DNA from: Callorhinchus milii
Taxonomy: Eukaryota
Assembly: GCF_018977255.1 (NCBI RefSeq)
Contig: NW_024704743.1
Coordinates: 24,802,001-24,866,000 of the forward strand
Direction: 5' to 3'
DNA length: 64,000 nt
Shown: one piece after another, positions 35,960 to 50,019 of the stretch
Position numbering within the stretch: position 1 is the stretch's first letter
Layout: each line of letters starts with the position of its first letter
The notes under the pieces: model-generated
Databases searched by the model: none
The model's input: the letters and a program-made list of their open reading frames with translations, nothing else
What the model was told of the DNA's origin: nothing
Position numbers and translations under genes: made by a program

Positions 35960-37640
35960 CCAATATACACTAGGACAAAGGTTCCTGAATTGAGGACGAT
36001 ACTCTGGACCTCCCTCCACACCTTCAAACCTGTCTCCCCCTCCTCTCTCATCACCACTATAACCCACATGAAATCAACCACCAGTTCCCCTTGACCCCAT
36101 CCCTACCCCTCTCCTTATCTCCCAGCTCCACCTCCTTGCCCCTCTACACACTGACATCATAAACCTCTCTCTGTCCACTGGTGCTGTTCCCACTCCAGTA
36201 AAAACCGCCGTCATCACTCCTATCCTTAAAAAATCCTCCCTGAACTCATCTCTACTCCCAAACTACCGCCCCATCTCCAACCTCCCTTTCCTCTCCGTGG
36301 ACCTGGAATGAGTTGTTTCTTCCCAAATTCGCTCCTTCCTCTCCCGGCACTCCATTCACAAACCCCTCCAATCGGGTTTCCATGCCGCCCACAGGACAGA
36401 AATAGCCCTGGTCAAAGTGACAAATGACATTCTGTTCATCTGCGACCAGGGCTCCCTCAGCCTCCTCGTTCTCCTTGAACTCTCTGCTGCCTGCGACGTC
36501 GTCGACCACTCTATCCTCATCCACCATCTCTCCTCTCACCTCAACCTCCACGGCTCTGTCTTTGCTCCCCTCCTCTTGAATACCTATATGCTCCCTCTTG
36601 GTGACATCATCCGCAGACATGGGGTCAACTTCCACATGTATGCAGATGACACCCAACTGTACCTCTGTGCCTCAACAGTTCACTCCAGGACCACTGCTGT
36701 CCTGACAGAATGTTTGTCGGACATCAAGTCCTTGATGAGAGCTAATTTTCTTCAGTCAACAAAAACTACAAAATTACATTTATATAGCGCCTTTCATGTC
36801 AACAAGATCGAGGCTCTCCTGATTGGCTCCCGTCAGCGCCTCCTCACCTCAGGCGCTGACAGCATCACCATCCATGATTGCACACTCCACCTTACTAAGC
36901 CAGTCCAGAAGCTTGGGGTCTTGTTTGACCCTCAACTATCCTTTCTACACCACATCTGGGCCATGTCCCGCTCTGCCTTCCCCCACCTCTGCAATGTCGC
37001 CCGGCTCCGCCACTGTCTCACACCGTAGGCCGGCAAAACCCTCATCAAGCTTTCATTTCATTGAGGTTTGACTATGCAAGCTCATTGCTTGTCGGCCTCC
37101 ACAACTTCTCCCTCCACAGGCTGAAGATCATCCAGAACTCTGCAGTCCGCGTCCTCTCCCTCAGCAGGTTCTGTGACCATCCTCGTCCGACTCCACTGGA
37201 TTCCCATCACACAGAGGATACAGTTCAAGATCCTGGTCCTCACCTTCAAAGCTCTCCATGGTCTTGCTCCCACCTACCTCTACGACCTGCTAACCCCCTA
37301 CCATCCTGCTCGCTCCATCTAATCAGTGGGCTCCAGCCTGCTTCACGTCCCCCGCCTCGCTCACCCAACTATTGGCGGCTGGGCCTTCTGCCACTCTGCC
37401 CCCACCCTTTGGAACTCCATCCCGAGTCCCTCCACCTCATCCCCTCCCTTACCTCCTTCAAGACCCACCTCAAGACCCTCCTCTTTGACCGTGCTTTCAA
37501 TCTCCCTGCTTCCCCCATTGCCCTCCACCCTCCCCGATCCCTGACCCCCCAGCTCATGTCCGAAACTCTGTCTGTCCAGCGCCTTGGGACGTCCTCCTAA
37601 CGTTAAAGATGCTTTCCAAATATAATTTTGTTGTTGTTGT
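35960..37640 (+). mobile_element. L2 LINE, degenerate with internal deletions
   Basis: ORF 36417..37028 ([16 protein letters not shown]); 3' tail ...TTGTTGTTG. Confidence 0.9.
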
Positions 37641-38193
37641 TGGATCTGGCCAATGCAACCATTTTTGCAGACCACACAGAATATTTTATTATAGTCTGCA
37701 TTTTTCCTTTCAGTGGGTGTTTTCATTTATGCGTGGACCTCAGTTGTGATAATTGGTGTAAATCTACACTCTAAATTATTGCCCTCCTCTTCGTAAAAGT
37801 GGCATTTTTTCACAAAACAGATTGCAAATTGACAGGTGTCTGTTTGGTTTGGCTGAAGAGTTTCCCAAGGGCTGAGACTGGAAGGGCAGGTGTTAGCTCA
37901 GGGTAAGTTGAGTTGGATCAGTCAATGCGGCAAAATGTCTCCAGCAAAGAAGAACCAGCTCAAACCACAGCAATTTAGTGGATGAACTGTGAATGTAAGG
38001 TCTGGGACACTACCCTGTGTGAGGGACACTGTATAAACGCAAGGTGTTGTTGTTCTTGTTAAATATCGAGATAAGAGCAGGAGACTGTGGTTGCTCCAAG
38101 AAGGGAGAGCAAACAGATATAGAGGGGAGGAGAGTGAGTCATGGATGGAGATAAGTCTGAGGCAAGGTTGGAATGAGGAAATACAACATGAGT

Positions 38194-38582
38194 GGAGTCT
38201 TGTAGCTCAGTGGTTACAGCACTCGTCTTGCAAGCAAGAGACCTGGGTTTGATTCCCAGCAGGACGAAACGTTGGGCAAGTTTCCTTACTCCACACGCCT
38301 CTGTTTACCTAGCAGTAAGTAGGAACCCAGGTTGTTAGTTGATTGGCAGAATGTTTTTCTGGGGTTAATCATTCCTTCAAAAAAGAAATAAATCATAAAT
38401 TGGTCACCCAATCCACGACTGTTTGTGAGACACTGTTGTGCGCAATTGGTTGCCGTGTTTTACCCACAAAATATACAGTCAATTAATTTTACAGTATATT
38501 CTGTGAAGCACTTTGAGACAGCTCGAAGACATGACAAGGCACTATATCAAATGCAAGGATTAATATTATCATTATTATCATT
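38194..38582 (+). mobile_element. tRNA-SINE (long form)
   Basis: Full head-to-tail copy. Confidence 0.88.
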
Positions 38583-39019
38583 GCGAGCAAAATTGACAGG
38601 CATAACAAGAAAAGGGAAGTGGAGGATATTATTATGTACAAGGGAAACATGTCTAGAGGGGTCAAATAAAGAAAGCCCTCAGCAAGTATATTTAAAGTGA
38701 ATAGCAATGGTCAAAGAGAATGTTATACTACTGTGAATAAAATGAAGTAGGTGAAAGCAACAATACTCTGAATTAATAGTAATAGTAATGATTAACAATA
38801 GCTGGTGAACACGATGAAAATTAACCACAGTGATGAGCACAGTGATTACTCAAAATTTTGTTTTAGGGAATCGAAAATCTTTAAGACTATTATATTCTTA
38901 TTATTAATTTACTGAGATAGAATTGTAGATTATGTGAAACATTCCTGATAGCACATTAGGTAAGTGCACACAGAAAGACCCATGCAGTAAACATACATCC
39001 ATACATCTGTCCCTCCGAC

Positions 39020-39330
39020 CTCCTCACTCCCCATTCCACCACCTGGCAGCTCCGCTTGACTGGCACCGGCCTCCTGTTTGTCCCTCGCATCCTCCGTGGA
39101 GGTCAGTGGAGGTCGCACTTTCAGCCACTTCATCCGGAAGATATGGAACACTTTCTTTCAATCCCTCCGCTTTGCCCCCCCCTCTCCCGTTTTTCAAGTC
39201 CTGCCTGAAAACCTTCCTTTTCGACCGTGCTTACTGTCACCTCCCAACACCCATGTCGGAGTCACTGTTAAGCACTCTAAGACGCTACCCTGCATGGAGA
39301 CACCATATAAGTGCAAGTTTGTGTGGTGGT
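39020..39330 (+). mobile_element. Old L2 3' fragment
   Basis: GGRTFS...IWN...[13 protein letters not shown]. Confidence 0.65.
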
Positions 39331-39933
39331 ATGGAGAAATTAACTTCAATTTGCCCTTCCATTGCAAAGATGTCTTGACTGTAATATGATGCCCACATTT
39401 GCACATTGTGGGTAGTGCCAGAGCTGTGTAAATGTTCAGTATGACTTCTTGTGACTTATGTCCTTGCCCTGAAGCTGTACGTTCAAACATCATATTTTGT
39501 GAAAGTTAAAAGAACATGGAAATTACTTTTCCTTGACTTCAGGCTATTTTAAATCAATTTCCGAAAAGCCCCAGTGGTACTGAAAGCTGTAATGGTTTGT
39601 ATGACACATGATAGAAGAATGATACAAATGGTACAAGTTAATCCAATTTTATTAAACATTTCAAGCCCTACTTCTGCGAGCAGTAACATTTCATATACTC
39701 ACCAAATTATAAAATCAACCATATCAACCAAATTTGGTTGGTTCCAAATACATTCCTAGTGTACCCTTTCATTAAAAAAATCTGTGGGTTTCTCATTTTC
39801 TCCTTATTCTCCAGCTTCATTATGCTGTGGTCCACCATCTCTGGTTCCCTACCCACGTGGGCATTGTTTATGTGTTAGCCTTGACAATGAGCATCTGCTT
39901 CCCTGCCCCAAGTAAGCATTGTTCATGTGTGAC

Positions 39934-40297
39934 AATAATAATAATAAATTTCTTGCATTCGATAGGCACCTTAACACATCTTCGAGATGTCTTAAAGCGC
40001 TTCACAGAATATACTGCAAATTAAATTGACTGTATATTTTGTGGGAAAAACGCGGCAACCAATTGCACACAGCAGTGTCCCACAAACAGTCATGAATTGA
40101 GTGACCAATTTATTATTATTATTTTTTTTGAAGAAATTATTAACCCCCGGAAAAGCAATCCGCCAATCGACTAACAACCAGGTTCCTACTTACTGATAGG
40201 TGAACAGAGGCGTGTGGAGTAACGAAACGTGCCCAACGTTATCACCCTGCCAGGAGTCTACTTGTGAGGCGAGTGCTCTAACCACTGAGCTACAAGA
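39934..40297 (-). mobile_element. tRNA-SINE (long form)
   Basis: Reverse-complement full copy. Confidence 0.85.
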
Positions 40298-40655
40298 CAA
40301 TGATCATCAGAGGCAAATCAACTGTAGAGGGTACCATAACCATATGTATCTCTCCTTCAACCTCACGTACACTCTCTGAGTAGGGATCCACCAGAAAATG
40401 TGATTGATTTTACCTTCCCAGACCTTGGGAAATCCATGGACAATTTAGTCTCCCTCATCCCTGACTAAGCCCAGCAAACTCAGTACAGATCAGGATTTGA
40501 ACCATTGAACATTTGGTCCTTAGGTTATAACTCTATTCACTCACCAATTAAGCTGCACTTTCTAATGGTCCTCTTGAAATACATGCCACTGTCTTCAATT
40601 TGGGGATTTGGAGTTAGTAAGCATACTGCTCTTTCATTCCTCTGACATGCATCTG

Positions 40656-40972
40656 GAGTCCTGTAGCTCAGTGGTTAGAGCACTCACCTTGCAAGTGAGA
40701 CACCTGGGTTCAATTCCAGGCAGAGCAAAACCTTGGGCAAGTTTCCCTCCTCTACATGCTTAATAATAATCCCTCCAAAAACAAAACAATAATAAATTGG
40801 TCATTTTCAATCCACGATTGTTTGCGGGACACTGCTGTGTGCAATTGGCTGCTGCATTTCGCCCACAAATATACGGTCAATTCATTTTACAGCATATTCT
40901 GTGAAGAGCTTTGAGACATCTAGAAGACGTGAAAAGCGCTATATCAAATCCAAGGATTATTATTATTATTAT
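40656..40972 (+). mobile_element. tRNA-SINE (short form)
   Basis: Full copy. Confidence 0.88.
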
Positions 40973-42784
40973 TTGAATCAGACTGGTGGGACAATAATAA
41001 TCCTTGCATTTGAAAGTTTCTTCTCTCTGTGTTAAGTACAGCTAAGAATCCTAAGCAAAACAAATTAGATCACAAAAACAAACATCTTTAAGAACAGGTA
41101 AAGCCCCATCTTACAATATCCTTCAATTCCTTCACTATCGAGAAATTGAAGGAATCCATTCACATTGCTTTCGTCAGTTTCCTCCTTCTTATTTATTACA
41201 TTAGCCTAATATAATTTGTATAACACATTTGGGTCTAAATCCCATGCAATTCTCTATAAACAAAATAAAACATGTTTTATTAAAATATATATCAAATTCT
41301 GTAGGCATTTTTTTGTTATGCAAATTGTCTTATGATATTGTAATAAAAACTCTAACTTAATAAGTAGGGTTTGAAATAGTGTTGTTTTCCTGTTCAAATT
41401 CAATATTTTCTGAAATTTAATACCATTTAATATCAGTGTTAATATATGAATACTTGGACTTGGCATTAATAAGCTATAGGCTACGGTTCAAGAAACCATC
41501 AAGGTGGATTAGACAGCAGGGAGGACTGTGAATCTGTTACTTTACATAAAACATTCTTTCATTTCAGCTATTGCTGCTTTCACACATAACTATATGTCTC
41601 TGGACAGATGGACAGTGTAGCTGGAAGCAGCTCTTTTTATCAAAGTTTTTTTAAAATCAATTTAGCACTCTTTATTCCCAGGGAGTTGTGACTTTGAGAT
41701 GTTTTTGCAATTAAGGGAGTACAACTTTGAATCCAAGCTGTGGTTGGTTAGTAATACAGTCTCTCTGTGTAGTTTTAAAATATTTGACAGGTACAGTATA
41801 CCAGTTCACAATTTTCTAGACATTCTTGGAAGAAGGGACAGAGAATTTGTTGATTATTGGACTTTTTTGTAGGATTTAAGTTAAATGTCTTCAATTTTCC
41901 TATTTTCTAGTATTTGTGCTCTTGCACATTTATATATTTCTAGAGTGGCTTTAATGCTTCTGAACTCGTTCTTGGTTCAATTTGCTGAAGATTCGGGCAA
42001 ATCATAACACTTGTAGCTTCTAATACAGATTGGGAGATTAGCTTGATAGCGTAGTAATTATCAAGGATTATGTTTGATTCAGTAAAAGGCGTGCTACTGG
42101 AAAAGGTATATGCTACTCAAAAAGTTGCAGTTCCAATTCATAAGATTTATTCTGCTGATGTGAACAGCATGCATAACTCAATACAATAAAAGTTCCAGAA
42201 TAGTCCTTAAAATACAACTGGAATAAAAAAAACAGCAACACAAACATGTATTACTACATGTCATACTTTTTGTAGTTAGGTTGACTGGACAACTTTTTCA
42301 AATTCTCTAAGCATTCACCCAAGTTCACACAAAAAACTCAAATTCCATTTTCTGCATTAGCAAATTACTATCCGCACATCATTCTTGAAATCATTTTATA
42401 ATCTAATAATAATCCTGACATTTAATATACAGCCTTTCCACATCAGGAGGACATCTCAAAGTGATTCACAGGATTTACAGTAAAGTCTAGTGACTGTATT
42501 TTGCAGGTGAATTTTAATACTACAGCCAACATTTTTCCTGGAGCACAGGTACTTTTTAAAGTTAACTTTTTCAGTAAATATATTCTGTGATAGATTTTCA
42601 TCCTGAAGATTATTGTTATCCCTGCTTTGGAACAATAGATCTCTTTGCAGTTTGGAAATGATATGGTTTCCAAAGCCTTTTGATACAACCTACTCAGGTG
42701 CTGCAGAGTGTTAGAACAGAATTATAAAAGATCGGTGTGAACATTTAAAACGTTATTAAAACCACAGAACACCTAAGAATAATA

Positions 42785-43136
42785 AAGGTAATAATCTTTG
42801 CATTTGATATAGCACCTTATCTCATCATCAAGATGTCCCAAAGCCCTTCAAAGAATATATTGTAAAGTGAATTGAGTGTATACATTGTGGGCAAAACGGA
42901 ACAGCCAATTGCACCCAGCAGTGTCCCACGAATGGTTGTGGTTTGAGTAATCAAATTATTACTTTTTTTCAAGGGCTTATTAACCCCCGGATAGCCTTCC
43001 GCCAATCGACTAAAACAGGGTTCCTACTTACTGCTACGAAAAAAAACTTGCTTAAGGTTTTGCCCTGCCCAGGAATCGAACCCAGGTCCTCTCGCTTGCG
43101 AGGCGAGTGCTCTAACCAATACGACACAAGACTCCA
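42785..43136 (-). mobile_element. tRNA-SINE (long form)
   Basis: Reverse-complement full copy. Confidence 0.85.
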
Positions 43137-44676
43137 CAACATGGCTATACAAAGGCACGAATATTCACAATTTACAAGCAAAATGACACAAATAGCATTT
43201 ACCCCCACAAGTTTAAATCTTATTGGGATAATTATACACACCCTGAACTGTAAAGTCAGTTCAAGGAGATTCCAATGATTCTCTTTGGCTTGTGCATTTT
43301 AATAATGTGCACAAAGCCACTGAAATGTTCAGCACTTTTGCAGCACTTACCTGGAATTGAAGCCCCAGGTAAGGAAGTAGATGATCTTTCAGCACTTCAT
43401 TCTCCAATCACTCCTACAATTGAGAAGACACGAGTTACATTCAACCCTTCAAACACGTCCACTATGTCCTGACCGCATCCAGAGCTATTTCATTCCATGC
43501 CAATGATGCAGATGATTCATAAAAGCTGACAGACAGACAGACAAACAGACAGCATTGCAAAATGTTTTCATTGTATTTTACGTCGGACTTTTAATCGTAA
43601 AAATCCTTAGACTGTGGTCTGTACTAAAGCACACCTGGAAAGCAGATTTTTTTAAAAAAAACACTGTCGGATTTTAATCCCTCAGTAAAAGGGGAAGACA
43701 AGGAGAGAATTGGAACAAAAAAAGGCATCTTGATAAAAATATCTTTTTTTAAAAATGTTTTTTGGTGCATTTTAATAATGTGCACAAAATTATTATTTTG
43801 GGATGCATTTTAATAATGTAGGCACTGAAAAATTCAGGAGTGTTCCAGTATGCACCTGCTGGAAATAATAATAAATATATATATATTAAAAGTCACACGT
43901 GCAACATCTCTTTCACAGGAGTTTATCCTTGTTATTTGACAGAAATGCTCTACCTACATTTGTTAATTCACATAACAGTTCACTATCCCTAAAATACGCA
44001 AAAATGGGATGAAAAATACTTACTCCATGGACCCTCGAACGTGGTTGGCAAGCAGATCTGATGGATGCAGTTTATGGATACATATTTAAAAACCTGCCAA
44101 CTAAACATCTAAAAGTCTGATGAAACCACGCCTCTAACTTCAATTGAGTTCCTGGGGCAGAGATCCGCCCTGTAGATCAGGAACACACATGACCCGAGGC
44201 TCTGTCTATCAACAGTTTGGTCTCTAAACCTTAACTGGAGATGGAGTTGTTCCTGCACTGCCCTCATCCTGTGATTCTTCCACCCCCTTTTTTAACACCT
44301 GTGGCCTTTGCATGGGACAATCTGACCTCATTGTCTTCATGTCACTTGGATCATATGCATTACAAATATGGCATAGACATGCTCATTGTGTCCACCAAAA
44401 CATTGGAAGGCAAAACACTTTTTTCAAAAACATGTTATTTTAAATGAATTTGTTAGTGAAATAATAATAATCCTTGCATTTGATATAGTGGTTTTCACGT
44501 CTTCAAGACGTCTCAAAGCGCTTCACAGAATAGACTGTAAAGTGAACTGACTGTATATTTGTGGGCGAAATGCCCATTTCAGAAGTTGGACTTAGTGCAG
44601 CAACTTCTGATTGACAGGCGAGCATTTTAATAGATTTGCAGTTTAACATCTCCATCAGTGCAACACGTTTACCACT

Positions 44677-45020
44677 AGTCCTGTAGCTCATTGGTTAGAG
44701 TGAGAGACCTGGGTTCGATTCCCAGCAGGGTGAAACCTTGGGCAAGTTTCCTTACTCCACACACCTCTGTCCAACTAGCAGTAAGTAGGAACCCGGTTGT
44801 TAATCAATTGGTGGATTGCTTTTCCGTGGGTAATAATCCCTTTAAAATTTTTTTAAAAATTTGGTCAATCAATCCACAATTGTTTATGGGACACTGCTGT
44901 ATGCAATTAGCTGCTGAGTTTCGCCCATGAAATATACAGTCAATTCACTTCTGTGAAGTGCTTTGAGACGGTTCAAAGACGTGATAAGGCACTATATCAA
45001 ATGCAAGGATTATTATTATT
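44677..45020 (+). mobile_element. tRNA-SINE (long form); an antisense 3' fragment lies at 44461-44570
   Basis: Head and tail match the other copies. Confidence 0.85.
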
Positions 45021-45239
45021 ACACTGGAATATCTCTCTGGACTGTGAAATAAAAGTACTGACATTGGGCTTGAACCCACACTCTTATGACCCAGAGCCAA
45101 AAAAATTCCAAGCTAAGCTGAGACTTGAAGCAGTCTTGCATCATAAGAATGGTTTTGTATTCCTATAACAGGAAGCTCAAACATTTCAGTTAAACACTAA
45201 TTTCCTGCTTTTCTACCAGCAGTTATACTGTTTCTACAA

Positions 45240-45880
45240 TAAAAAAATTACATTCATATAGCATCTTTCACATCAGGAGGCTATCCCAAAGCATTTAACA
45301 GGACTGGATGGGCACCCAAGCTAGAGGTGGGAGCCAATGTGGGTAGGGAGGAGAAAACACAGACAAAGAGGTAGGGATGTTGAATGAGGGAGTCAGTCAG
45401 AACAACTCCATGATGGAGTTCCAGAGAACTTGGGCAAAAGGGCAGATAGCCTGCTTGCCAATGGTTGGGCGGATACAGCAGGGGACATTGCAAGCCAGTG
45501 CTCACTGAGTGTAGGATTTCAGCAGTGGTCGCATTGGGTGAGACTGCAAACGTTTTAAGGGTGAGAATGACGATCTTGAACTCGATCTACTGGGGTTGGG
45601 GAGCCAAAGGAACCAAGCAAGGATGGCTCATGAGGATGACTGGTGCTGGAGAGGTCATGAGCTGCTGAGTTCTAAATACTTGGAAGTCAAGTAAGACACC
45701 AAGACTGATGCTATCAATGCCTGAGGTGAGAAGATGCTAATGGAAACCAAGCAAGAGGGCCTCTGTCTTGTCGACGTTCAGATGAACAAAGTTAGCTCTC
45801 ATCCAGGACTGATGTTCGTCAGAACAGCAGTGATCCTAGAGTTGTTGGTGGAGGCAGAGAGATAGAATTGGGTGTACCAC
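45240..45880 (-). mobile_element. Old L2 fragment
   Basis: Reverse complement of the L2 RT end and 3' tail. Confidence 0.7.
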
Positions 45881-46214
45881 GCACAATGTCAATGAACCAT
45901 ATTTTATTATTGTTAGCAGGATTTTCAGGCACTGCTGTACTGGTGTTGTTTCTTTGCTGCTGTCTTTGGACACCATTCTTCCTATTACTAAGGTGTAAGA
46001 ACCACTCTAGAGCTGGTTTCATGGATTTTCTAGACTTTGAATTCGACAATATTCCTTTTGTAGTTCTGATTTGTTAATGATTCCAAGCAATCAGAACTAA
46101 ATAGGAGACAAAAACAGAAGCCGCTGGGAATACTCAGCAGGTCAGGTAGTATCTATGGAGAAAAGAAAATGAGTCAACATTTCAGGTACAAGACCCTTCG
46201 TCAGAACTAAATAG

Positions 46215-46545
46215 GGGTCCTGTAGCTCAATGGTTAGAGCACTCGCCTCATAAGCGAGAGACCTGGGTTTGATTCCCAGCAGGGTGAAACCTTGGGCAAG
46301 TTTCCTTAATACACATGCCTGATAATAATCCCTCAAGAAAAAAAAGAAAAAATAATAATAATAATTTGGTCACTCAATCCACGACTGTTTGTGGGACACT
46401 GCTGTGTGGAATTGGCTGCAGTGTTTCGCCCAGAAAAATATACAGTGATTCATTTTACAGTATATTCTGTGATGCGCTTTGAGATGTCTCGAAGACGTGA
46501 AAAGCACTATATCAGATGCAAGGATGATTATTATTATTATTAATA
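46215..46545 (+). mobile_element. tRNA-SINE (short form)
   Basis: Full copy. Confidence 0.85.
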
Positions 46546-48159
46546 AATAAATAAACAAACAAACAACATCTCCCTTTGTATCTTGGACAGATTCCTGCAA
46601 ACATGTATTTGCAATTGTACTGCTCTGTACAAGTTTGTGTACTAAATACCAGTTATTACACTCTATAGGAAATCCTGTGAAGCACGTTTGAGACATTGTG
46701 ACAATATGATAAGGCACCATATCAAATGCAAGTATTATTATTCAAGTTAAACTAAATTTATATATCAATTGACATTGAGTAAAAAAATTCTGAAGTATGG
46801 TATTTATCGTCAAATGTAGGTTTACAATGTGTTGAAACAAATGTTCACATTCAGAACTATTGCGGAAACCGATTATTTTTTGCATGTGAACAGTCAAATT
46901 AATTGCACTCTTGGGCTCCTTTTTGATCTAAATAAATAAATTTGTGCTGATATATTTGCTGATTCTGCAGAAGAAGAACAACTGATAAGACACTCAGCAG
47001 ATCTGGTGGCCTGATCTTAAAGTTGGAAGTAATTCAAGGTAGCTTCAGTATGCCAACTACACTTAGTGTCAAGTTACTTACAAAAATAATTACATATTTT
47101 TAAAAATATATAATAAACTATATCAGGGCAAATAAAGTCAGACAGGTTGCATTAGCGTGGAAGTCCAGTTGGTCTGATACTTAATTTAGTGATCGTACAT
47201 GTAAGGGCGGATTTTTAAATGTAGATTATAAGATTGTATTTGCTGCACAAATTATGCTTGTCCACACAAGCATAAGTACAAATCTGTAGAAAGCTAATTC
47301 ATTTTTAATGCTTGCAGTTTAGCTGAAGAAATGGTTTGCAAGAAGGTTACAAATCCTACTATAGCCGTAATTCAGACGCAAGCATTTCAGCATTAATTAC
47401 CAATTATAATTTATATCTTAACTACTATCCATATGTTGTCTGTGTACCTTTGTTTTCAGATCATCAGTTTGTTAAACACCTATTGCACAACTGAGAAGTT
47501 GCTCAGATTTGCTGATTTCCTGATACTTGCAGAAAATGGGTCACCATTAGCGCCTTACACTCCCAAGCAAACCTCATCCACATTACAGATACGCACATGT
47601 TTGCTCCGTGCATCCAATGCTCTTACTCCATATGTTCTCATTTACACCCAGTCTATTTTTTTCTGTTTTCCTTGCTGCCATTTATCTTTGTTTCCTCACC
47701 ATCGATCATAGTTTTATCTTCTTTTCTTCATGCTCTTGTTTTCCTTCTGTGCTTGTCTGATTTCTATTTTAGCCGAGATTTTGTTTCCTTCTGTCAACGA
47801 TAGTTTTAAATGCAAAGCTAGAGTTTTTATCCTTTTCTATCCAAAAACATCTTTTAGCCACAAATTAGGGGATCACACAACAATAGATTGATACAACTAA
47901 TCAAAGATTACAAAATTTGTCACTGAGCATGCCTGCGGCTCATATATAGATGAGTCAATACATCGACAATGGGCAAAAAGATGCAAAAAAAGTGGTCTAT
48001 GAATCACTTTTCTTCCAATTTTCCCACCGTGCATTATATTTCTCACTTTTTCATTGTTGGCCGATAAAATATACAGTCACTATATTCCGCAGTAATTCCT
48101 GTAAAACGTCAACCTGACATGAAAGTCGCTAAATCAAATGTAAGGATTACTATTAATCT

Positions 48160-49428
48160 GTCCAACTGCGACCAGGGCTCCCTCTGCCTCCTCGTCCTCC
48201 TTGACCTCTCTGCAGCTTTCGACACCGTCGACCACTTTATCCTCATCCACCGCCTTTCCTCTCACCTCAATCTCCACGTCGCTGTCCTTGATTGGCTCAG
48301 ATCATACCTCTCACACCGCCTGCACTTCATCTCTTCAAAGGGCTTCTCCTCTAGCCCCCAGACCATCTCGTGCGGCGTTCCTCAGGGCTCCCCTCCTCTT
48401 CAATATCTATATGCTCCCTCTTGGTGACATCATCCGCAGACATGGGGTCAACTTTCACATGTATGAGGATGACACACAACTCTACCTGTCTGCCTCCACC
48501 CTTGACTCCAGGACCACTGCTGTCCTGACAGAATGTCTGTCAGACATCAAGTCCTGGATGAGAGCTAACTTTCTTCAGTTGAACATCAATAAGACCGAGG
48601 CTCTCCTGATTGTCTCCCATCAGCACCTCCTCACCTCAGGCGCTGACACCATCACCATCCATGGTTGCACACTCCACCTTACTAAGCCAGTCCGGAGCCT
48701 TGGCGTCTTGTTTGACCCTCAACTATCCTTTCTACCCCACATCTGTGCCATGACCCGCTCTGCCTTCCCCCACCTCCGCAACGTCGCCCGGCTCCTTCAC
48801 CGTTTCATACCGCAGGCCGCCGAAACCCTCAAACACGCCTTCATTACATCGAGGCTCGACTATGCAAACTCACTGCTTGTCGGCCTCCCCAACTTCTCCC
48901 TCCACAGGCTGCAGATCATCCAGAACTCTGCAGCCCGTGTCCTCTCCGTGACCCTATCACCTCCATCCTTGCCCAACTCCACTGGCAACTCCATTATGCA
49001 GAGGATACAGTTCAAGATCCTGGTCCTCACCTTCAAAGCCCTCAATTGTCGTGCTTCCCCCTACCTCTCCGACCTCCTAACCCCCTACTACCCTGTTCGC
49101 TCCCTCCGCTCAGTGGGCTCCGGTCTGCTTCAAGTCCCCCGCCTTGCTTGCCCCACTATAAGAGGGCGGGCCTTCTGCCACTCTGCACCAACTCTCTGGA
49201 ACTCCATCCTGCAGTCCTTACATCTTGCCCCCCTCCCTCGCCACCTTCAAGACCCATCTCAAGACCCTCCTCTTCGACCGTGCTTTCAATCTCCCTGCTT
49301 CCCCCACACCCTTCCTCCTCCCCGACCCCAACCCTCAGCTCGAGTTTGTAACTCTGTTCAGTCCCTTGGGACATCTTCCCAATGTGAAAGGCGCTATACA
49401 AATGTAATTTTGTTGTGTTGTTGTTGTA
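48160..49428 (+). mobile_element. 5'-truncated L2 LINE
   Basis: ORFs 48119..48427 and 48201..49466; RT motif degenerate (YEDD); GTT tail. Confidence 0.92.
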
Positions 49429-50019
49429 ATATTATTCTCCCACCACGTTTTGGTCAACACAGTTGAATTTCCTTTCCGTTTCTCCCAGCTCAAGATCCCC
49501 ATGGTCTTTTTGAAGCATTCTGAGATGCTAATCCTAAGTGAAAGCCACTGTTGTAAGTGCTATATTGCTACACTGAAATTATTAAAATATTTTTGTCTCT
49601 TCATCTTAAATATGTTTTTAAAAATAACACCATTAAAATCAGCAATCCTAAAATGAGTATGTGCTAGTTGTTTCTGATTACTCTGAATTCTGAAAACTTG
49701 TTTCTCCTTTCAAATAGTTTGATAGGATCTTTAGCAGTCATCTGAATCAGCAGACAGCACCTCCGTTTAAACATCTTATCCAAAGGCCGGAACTAACAAT
49801 TCAATGTTCCCCAGCACGGCGTTAGAGTGTCAACATAGACTCTGAATAAACAGACCCGATGTGGAGCTCGAACCTACAACTTTCTGACTCAGGTGAAAGT
49901 TCTATCAACTGAGCTAGGCTGACACTATTATCAGCACTAATATTAAATTCATATAAAATCATAGTTTCAGCCTAGAAGGGCATCTGACATACCGCTCCAG
50001 TGGCACAGATTGATCTTAT

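Noticed and set aside
40656..40730. tRNA-Ala genes (here and at the other SINE heads)
   Set aside because: The A/B boxes and anticodon stem continue into SINE body and tail, and the copies are diverged, so they are SINE heads.
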